Shown: one piece after another, positions 18,172 to 24,000 of the stretch
Layout: each line of letters starts with the position of its first letter
Position numbering within the stretch: the first letter of the stretch is position 1
Assembly (NCBI RefSeq): GCF_030145145.1
Contig: NZ_JAQYWD010000004.1
Location: 116,622 to 140,621, forward strand
Reading direction: 5' to 3'
DNA: 24,000 nucleotides
DNA from: Desulfobacula sp.
GTDB lineage: Bacteria; Desulfobacterota; Desulfobacteria; Desulfobacterales; Desulfobacteraceae
Made by a program: the position numbers and the translations under genes
The notes under the pieces: generated by a model
Seen by the model: the letters and a program-made list of their open reading frames with translations, nothing else
What the model was told of the DNA's origin: nothing
The model's database searches: none

Positions 18172-20034
18172 ATGAATTGGAAACAAAAAATTGTTGATCC
18201 TGATGTTGTCATGAAACGAATAAAACCGGGAATGCGTATTTTCCTGGGAACCGGTATTTCCGAGCCCCGAACCCTTGTTAAACACCTGATGAAGGCTGAT
18301 GATAACAACCTGGTGGATCTTGAGCTGATCCAGCTGGTCAATTTCAGTGATGCCATTTCCCTCAAGACCCTTGATGCCAACAAATACCGGTTTAAAACCT
18401 TCAGTTCGGGGCATATGGTGAACCGGGCCATTGCCCAGGGACTGGTTGACCTGATCCCCACACGCTTCACCCGGCTGCATCGACTGTTTGACGTTGGGCG
18501 TATCCGGGTGGATGCGGCATTTGTCCAGATTTCCCTGCCCGACGATGCCGGAAAAGCAAGCCTGGGGGTTTCCCTGGATGTGGCACGGTCTGCCATGGGA
18601 CAGGCCCGTCTGGTTGTGGGAGAAATCAATCCCAAAATTCCCAGGACATTCGGCAATACCTTTGTCACCACATCTGAATTTAATCTGCTGGTCCGTTCAA
18701 CCGAAGACCCTGTTTATTTTAACCGGTGGGAAACCAGCCCGGCCTTTGACCGGATTGCCCGGCGCATTGCATTTTTAATCCCGGACAAAAGCTGTATTGC
18801 CTTCTCCATTGGTCCCCTGTTTGAATCCCTGAGCCGGCAGCTGATGAACAAACGCCACCTCGGGGTCCACTCGCCGGTATTTACCGATGCCTTGATGGAC
18901 CTGATAAAAAGTGGAGCGGTGACCAATCTTTACAAGACGATCTTCCAGGGAAAATCCATTGCATCCTATGCGTTTGGAACCCCGCGGCTCATGACCTGGC
19001 TGGACCGGAACCCTTTGATAGAATTCCATGGGATACGCACCGTGTTTGATCCGGTGAATATCGGGAAAAACCCCCGGTTTATCGCCATTATTCCCGCACG
19101 AAAAGTGGATTTAGCCGGCCGCATTGTCCTGCACCACGGGAAAGGGAATGTCATCTCCGGTCCCATGGAGCTGATGGACTCTTTTTTCGGGGCCCAGATT
19201 TCCAGGGACGGCCGTATCATCTTTGGCCTGCCGTCCCGGAACCTGCGCAACCAGTCCAACATTAGACTTTCCATTGAACGGTATTACAACCAGCTGGGAT
19301 TTGAAGAATCCATTGACATGGTGGTGACCGAATACGGAACAGCCATGCTCAACGGGCTTTCCATCCGGGAACGGGCCCTGGCCCTGATCGAGATTGCCCA
19401 CCCGGATGACCGCCCGGATCTGTTTGACCAGGCCAGGCAAAAAAAAATCCTCTACCCGGACCAGATCTTCTTAAAAAAAAGCGCCCGCCTTTATCCCCAT
19501 GACGTTCACGATCAGCAGACCTTTAAGACAGGTGTCATTGTCCGGTTCCGACCCATAAAGCCTTCAGATGAGGAACAGATGCGGCAGCTGTTTTATCGTT
19601 TTTCCGATGAAGCCATTTATCACCGGTATTTTCATTCCATCATCACCATGCCCCATTCCAAGATGCAGGCGTATGTAAATATTGACTGGGCCAACGCCAT
19701 GTCCATGGTGGGACTGGTGGGGGAACCCGGACAGGGGATTTTAATTGCTGAAGCCCGATATTTACGGGAGAACTCCGGCAACAGAGCTGAAATCGCTATC
19801 ATTGTTGATGAGGCCTACAATAGTCTGGGTATTGCCACCCATATGGTGACCCTGCTGAAAAGACTTGGCAGGGACAGGGGTATTACCGTCTTTACGGCTG
19901 AGGTATTATTTTCCAATCGCAAAATCATGAAGGTGTTTAAAAAAGTGTTCCCCCACCTCAAGAGTGTCCTGGCGGAAGGGGTTTACAGTGTTGTCATGCC
20001 CATCGCGCCGGATGACCATCCGAACCCCACCTGA
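18172..20034 (+). CDS. Acetyl-CoA hydrolase/transferase-like protein fused to C-terminal GNAT acetyltransferase domain
   Basis: 620 aa; CoA-transferase family pattern 'VVTEYGTAMLNGLSIRERALALIEIAHPDDR'; C-terminal GNAT-like region 'VIVRFRPIKPSDEEQMRQLFYRFSDEAIYHRYF...AEIAIIVDEAYNSLGIATHMVTLLKRLGRDRGITVFTAEVL'. Confidence 0.9.
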   Translation: MNWKQKIVDPDVVMKRIKPGMRIFLGTGISEPRTLVKHLMKADDNNLVDLELIQLVNFSDAISLKTLDANKYRFKTFSSGHMVNRAIAQGLVDLIPTRFTRLHRLFDVGRIRVDAAFVQISLPDDAGKASLGVSLDVARSAMGQARLVVGEINPKIPRTFGNTFVTTSEFNLLVRSTEDPVYFNRWETSPAFDRIARRIAFLIPDKSCIAFSIGPLFESLSRQLMNKRHLGVHSPVFTDALMDLIKSGAVTNLYKTIFQGKSIASYAFGTPRLMTWLDRNPLIEFHGIRTVFDPVNIGKNPRFIAIIPARKVDLAGRIVLHHGKGNVISGPMELMDSFFGAQISRDGRIIFGLPSRNLRNQSNIRLSIERYYNQLGFEESIDMVVTEYGTAMLNGLSIRERALALIEIAHPDDRPDLFDQARQKKILYPDQIFLKKSARLYPHDVHDQQTFKTGVIVRFRPIKPSDEEQMRQLFYRFSDEAIYHRYFHSIITMPHSKMQAYVNIDWANAMSMVGLVGEPGQGILIAEARYLRENSGNRAEIAIIVDEAYNSLGIATHMVTLLKRLGRDRGITVFTAEVLFSNRKIMKVFKKVFPHLKSVLAEGVYSVVMPIAPDDHPNPT

Positions 20035-20076
20035 CAAAGGAAGGCACTCGCCTTCACCATTTTTTTAACCCTGCTT

Positions 20077-20259
20077 GGCTGCTGTGCCGGCAATTCTCCC
20101 TATAAAAGGCAATAGTCCCCGAACAATGGGTCAGGCTTGCGTTATTGACACTTTTGCCGGCTTCTTCCCTTAATTATTCAGGCTTTGATCAAAAGCACAA
20201 TAACACAAGCCTGACCCGGTTTAGTTATCGCCATAATGAGAATTGCCGGCTGCTGTGCC
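20077..20259. repeat. REP/MITE-like palindromic element, copy 2, with nested outer inverted and direct repeats
   Basis: Inner arms GGGTCAGGCTTGCGTTATT (20128-20146) / AATAACACAAGCCTGACCC (20199-20217); outer arms GCCGGCAATTCTC (20086-20098) / GAGAATTGCCGGC (20238-20250); direct repeat GGCTGCTGTGCC at 20077-20088 and 20248-20259. Confidence 0.75.
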
Positions 20260-20349
20260 ATTTCTGTTGACACCCGCTTGTCCCCTGGCATATGATTATT
20301 TTTTTTGACATCGGCTGTTTGATCATTCAACCAAAGGAGATGATTATCA

Positions 20350-22752
20350 ATGAAAGGATTCCGCCGCATTCTCACCCTCATCATCGGCCTGGCTGCCTGT
20401 ATCGTCATACTGGTGCTATACCTGCCCTTTTTAAATGACTTCAAAACCAAAGGGACCCTTACCCTTCCCGGACTCACGGACAGGGTTACCATTCAGCGGG
20501 ACGAGAACGGAATGGCGTATATTCATGCCCGGAACCTTGAGGATGGATTTATGGCACAGGGATTTGTTACGGCCCAGGACCGGCTTTTCCAGATGCAGCT
20601 GACCCGCCTGGTTGTCCAGGGACGGGTGTGTGAGCTGGCCGGACCCGTTGCCAAAAATTTAGATATTCGCATGAGAACCATTGGCCTGCACAGGATGGCA
20701 AAAAAACAGGCCAACATCCTGAATGATCAAACAAAGGGCTATTTCCAGAAATATGTGGACGGGATCAATGCCTTTATTGCCCTTTGTCCCGATGATATCC
20801 ACCTGGAATTCAAACTGGCCGGCATCACTCCTGAAAACTGGAATGTTGTTGATTCCCTGGGTATCCTCTATTACATGGGATACTCAACCTCGGCAAATCT
20901 CAACACGGAAATAACGGCCCAGATGCTGCTGGAAACACTGGGGTATGAAAAAGCATGCCAGCTCATGCCGGTGAACATCAATGCAGATGATCCCGACGAT
21001 ACCGGCAACCTGAAAATACCCCCCAAAGACCATCTGTCCATCTCACCGACCGGTATCAAAGATGTTCTGGCGTATACCGGGAACCTGCAGCTTCGCGTCG
21101 GAAGCAACAACTGGGCCGTCTCCCCGGGGCGGTCTGCATCGGGCAGTACACTGCTGGCCGGCGATCCTCATCTGGATGTCCGGATACTGCCCGGGGTCTG
21201 GTATCCTTTGGGTCTGATAACACCCGAAACAAGAGCGGTGGGTGTTAATATTCCGGGCATACCCGGTATGGCCATCGGCCGTACCGATCATCTTGCCCTC
21301 TCGGTAACCAACAATTATGGGGACATGCAGGATCTGTACATCGAAACCATTGATCCTGAAAATTCTGACAATTATCTGGAAGGAAAAACCACCATACCGT
21401 TTATTCAGATCCGGGAGACCCTTAAAATAAAGGACAAAGACGACCCCAAAGGCTATCGGATGGAACCTGTAACCATCAGGGCCACCCGCAGAGGCCCGGT
21501 TGTTTCAAAGGTGTTGCCGGATTTAACCACCCAAAAGGTCATCAGTTTCCGCTTTGCCCCGGCTGAATCCATGGAACCGTTCATTGGTCTGATTGAAATT
21601 TTAACGGCGAAAAATGCGGCAGATCTTGTGAAGGTCTTAAAAAATATTCCCATGGTCTGCCTTAACTGGGTGTTTGCCGATACAAGCGGCAACATCGGTC
21701 ACCAGGCTTCCGGGAAAATTCCCATCCGGCATAATGGGGATGGGACCTTTCCCTTTCCGGTAAAAAATGCCGGGGACAACTGGCACGGATGGATTCCCCA
21801 GGACCAGATGCCCGGAACCCTGAACCCTGAAAAAAACTGGATCGGTACCTGTAACCAGAAAACCATAAAACACGACTACCCCTATTATTATTCTTCCTAC
21901 TTTGCCCCCTCCTACCGGTATAGAAGAGTAAAGGAACTGATGGCCTCTTCAAACAAAAAAACCATTGATGACCTGTGGATGTACCAGAGAGATACGAAAA
22001 ATTTAATGGCCCAAAGCCTGTCCCCGATCATGGCCAACGCCCTTCTAAAACATGAGGATACCCGTATCATGGGCAACATTCTTTCTGCATGGGACTTCAG
22101 GGATGACCCTGAAAAAGCCGCACCAGCCATCTTTCAAGCCACCTATCGATTGTTTGCCATGCGTGTCTTCGAAGATGACCTGGGCGAAGAAAATGCCATG
22201 ATCCTGCTCAACAACTGGTATTTCTGGCAGGAAAGACTGGAGCACATTATTTTAACCGGGGATGCGGCATGGATTGATGATACGAGGACAACCGATACCA
22301 TGGAATCCCTTGAAGACCTGTTTCACCAGGCGGCTGTAACCGCGAAAACCTTCTTAAGCTCACACTTGGGCGATACGCCTGAAAAATGGCAGTGGGGCAA
22401 GGTGCATGCCCTTGAACTTGTCAACCCGATCCGGAGAAAGGGAATAGGAAAAGCACTGCTGGGTTCCGGCCCCATGCCCATGGGCGGATCAGGGGAGACC
22501 TTGTACAGGGGATCATATGATTACGACACCCCTTTTGCCGTCAGCTATTGTGCCGCACTCCGCATGGTGGCGGATCTTTCAGACAGGGAAAAAGTACTGG
22601 CTGTCCTGCCGGGCGGTGTCACCGGCAGAACATTTCGTTCCCATCAAAAAGACCAGGTAGCCCCTTTTATGTCCGGGGAAAAGCGTTACTGGTGGTTCAG
22701 TGACACCGCCATTGACGAACACCAAACATCAAAATTAATCCTGGTGCCTTGA
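20350..22752 (+). CDS. Penicillin acylase (penicillin amidase) family Ntn-hydrolase
   Basis: 800 aa; N-terminal TM/signal; 'VTIQRDENGMAYIHARNLEDGFMAQGFVTAQDRLFQMQLTRL' and autocleavage site 'RVGSNNWAVSPGRSASGSTLLAGDPHLD'; RBS AAAGGAGATG. Confidence 0.93.
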   Translation: MKGFRRILTLIIGLAACIVILVLYLPFLNDFKTKGTLTLPGLTDRVTIQRDENGMAYIHARNLEDGFMAQGFVTAQDRLFQMQLTRLVVQGRVCELAGPVAKNLDIRMRTIGLHRMAKKQANILNDQTKGYFQKYVDGINAFIALCPDDIHLEFKLAGITPENWNVVDSLGILYYMGYSTSANLNTEITAQMLLETLGYEKACQLMPVNINADDPDDTGNLKIPPKDHLSISPTGIKDVLAYTGNLQLRVGSNNWAVSPGRSASGSTLLAGDPHLDVRILPGVWYPLGLITPETRAVGVNIPGIPGMAIGRTDHLALSVTNNYGDMQDLYIETIDPENSDNYLEGKTTIPFIQIRETLKIKDKDDPKGYRMEPVTIRATRRGPVVSKVLPDLTTQKVISFRFAPAESMEPFIGLIEILTAKNAADLVKVLKNIPMVCLNWVFADTSGNIGHQASGKIPIRHNGDGTFPFPVKNAGDNWHGWIPQDQMPGTLNPEKNWIGTCNQKTIKHDYPYYYSSYFAPSYRYRRVKELMASSNKKTIDDLWMYQRDTKNLMAQSLSPIMANALLKHEDTRIMGNILSAWDFRDDPEKAAPAIFQATYRLFAMRVFEDDLGEENAMILLNNWYFWQERLEHIILTGDAAWIDDTRTTDTMESLEDLFHQAAVTAKTFLSSHLGDTPEKWQWGKVHALELVNPIRRKGIGKALLGSGPMPMGGSGETLYRGSYDYDTPFAVSYCAALRMVADLSDREKVLAVLPGGVTGRTFRSHQKDQVAPFMSGEKRYWWFSDTAIDEHQTSKLILVP

Positions 22753-22847
22753 GCAAATGCGTTACGATATTCAAACCACCGGTTATTTTTTGATTTTTTT
22801 AAACTATGGCTTGAATTTTTACATTCAATATAGTAGGTTCCCGGCAA

Positions 22848-22923
22848 GCCAATGTAGCTCAGGTGGCAGAGCAGCTCACTCGTAATGAGCAGGTCTACGG
22901 TTCGAATCCGTACATTGGCTCCA
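22848..22923 (+). tRNA. tRNA-Thr (anticodon CGT), encoded CCA
   Basis: Cloverleaf GCCAATG/TA/GCTC-AGGTGGCA-GAGC/A/GCTCA-CTCGTAA-TGAGC/AGGTC/TACGG-TTCGAAT-CCGTA/CATTGGC/T/CCA, 76 nt. Confidence 0.96.
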
Positions 22924-23020
22924 CCCAAAACCACTGATACCAAAGCTTTTCAGCCTTTTTAAGAATTTTCATATATACACCAGAAACCTCTTCAAACTGC
23001 CCCAAACCGATCAAAACGCG

Positions 23021-23056
23021 CCCTGTTTTGCACCCTGTTTTGCACCCTGTTTTGCA
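23021..23056. repeat. Three perfect tandem copies of 12-bp unit CCCTGTTTTGCA
   Basis: CCCTGTTTTGCA at 23021-23032, 23033-23044, 23045-23056, followed by CCC. Confidence 0.95.
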
Positions 23057-23305
23057 CCCAACTATATCGCAGGATATCTTTTAGATTCCACATAGTAAAA
23101 AAACTTTTTTCCAGCAATTCTGACAGTCAGATAATACAACCAGCGCCATGGATGATATCTCACCCACAAGCAATATTTCAGAAATAAAATCAGGTCTTTC
23201 TATGTGTAAAATTTTTATAAGAAATTTATTTTTTTCTTTACAACCGATTTTTATTGTTTTATTTTATCTATTAAAAGTTTTTATTCTAGCGTAAAGGTTT
23301 AAAAA

Positions 23306-24000
23306 ATGAAATTCACAAAAGAAGTCATTTGGACAATAAAAAATTTTATTCTTGATAATATAGAAACCCATCCAAATGATATAGTACAAATCGCATCTGA
23401 TTATTTTCGTGTTTCAAAACCGACCATTTTAAAATATATAAGAGAATTAATATCCCAGAAACAAATAGAAAGGCATGGAAATGGTCGATATCCTAATTAC
23501 AAACTACAGACGGTAAAATTTGAATTTAAATACAAGAACAAAGAATTACAGGAAGACGTCTTGTGGGCAAATGATATATCAAATAAACTCAAGGATGTTC
23601 AGCCAAATGTAAAAGAGATATGCCAATACGGTTTTACTGAAATTGTGAACAATGTTATTGATCATTCTGGATCTGAAGATTTAACTGTCTTTTTTGAAAT
23701 AAACCATAAATTAATTTGTATAACTGTTAGAGATTTTGGGGTTGGAATTTTTAACAAAATCAAACAAGATTTGGGCTTATCCGACCCAAAGCATTCTATC
23801 TTGGAGCTTGCAAAAGGGAAGTTCACATCCGATCCGGACAACCATACTGGTGAAGGTATTTTTTTTTCATCAAGAATGTTTGACCATTTTCATATTCTGT
23901 CACATAAATTGAGCTACTTTGGGCAGGGTAATGAAGACGGATGGTTGTTTGAGGATCCTGATGATGTGGATATCGATGGAACTGTAGTATTGATGAAAAT
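23306..24000 (+). CDS. N-terminal HTH domain plus HATPase_c (GHKL) ATP-binding protein, partial
   Basis: Manual translation from ATG 23306 open to window end: MKFTKEVIWTIKNFILDNIETHPNDIVQIASDYFRVSKPTILKYIRELISQKQIERHGNGRYPNY...FTEIVNNVIDHSGSEDL...ITVRDFGVGIFNKI...NHTGEGIFFSSRMFDHF...; N, G1 and G2 box-like motifs. Confidence 0.8.
   Translation, partial: MKFTKEVIWTIKNFILDNIETHPNDIVQIASDYFRVSKPTILKYIRELISQKQIERHGNGRYPNYKLQTVKFEFKYKNKELQEDVLWANDISNKLKDVQPNVKEICQYGFTEIVNNVIDHSGSEDLTVFFEINHKLICITVRDFGVGIFNKIKQDLGLSDPKHSILELAKGKFTSDPDNHTGEGIFFSSRMFDHFHILSHKLSYFGQGNEDGWLFEDPDDVDIDGTVVLMK

Noticed and set aside
22766-22802. Possible terminator AACC-AC-CGGTT followed by T-rich tract after the penicillin acylase gene
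   Set aside because: The stem is only 4 bp; too weak to list as a feature.
22686-22943. Minus-strand 85-aa ORF
   Set aside because: It is the reverse complement of tRNA-Thr and the 3' end of the acylase gene; a common spurious ORF type (IRTVDLLITSE from a tRNA antisense).
1-24000. CRISPR arrays, rRNA genes, transposase or integrase genes
   Set aside because: None seen. The only short tandem repeats (23021-23056) have no spacers, and no transposase or integrase motifs were recognised.

Overview
This 24 kb window looks like it comes from a sulfate-reducer-like Desulfobacterota genome (inferred from gene content). The standout is at 6400-8100: hgcA and hgcB, the mercury-methylation genes, preceded by a small heavy-metal-associated (HMA/GMxCxxC) protein and a soluble PAS-PAS hybrid histidine kinase. 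The supplied ORF track ends hgcB at an in-frame TGA (8026-8028). The frame stays open for 23 more codons (AAYIIQVWIKGKENASCGTGGCC, stop 8098-8100) and restores the Cys-Cys C-terminus typical of HgcB. The TGA is exactly codon 73, which is the position of the essential Cys73 of characterised HgcB. It is followed immediately by a bacterial SECIS-like hairpin (GCCU..UUAUCCA-GGUC-UGGAUAA..AGGC, 8032-8061) whose AGGUCU apex matches the E. coli fdhF SECIS as I recall it. I interpret this as a selenocysteine-containing HgcB. The rest of the window holds: a HAMP-like membrane protein (partial), a SurA-like N-terminal protein, a HAD-like hydrolase, a TPR-SPOR protein, a degenerate YchF-like P-loop protein, a YhbY-like RNA-binding protein, a Liv-type ABC transporter operon with an acyl-CoA ligase, a multihaem cytochrome/cytochrome b cluster, a CoA-transferase-GNAT fusion, a penicillin acylase family protein, tRNA-Thr(CGT), and a partial HTH-HATPase protein in an AT-rich region. 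Two dispersed REP/MITE-like palindromic repeats are also present, one of them starting at the hgcB stop codon.
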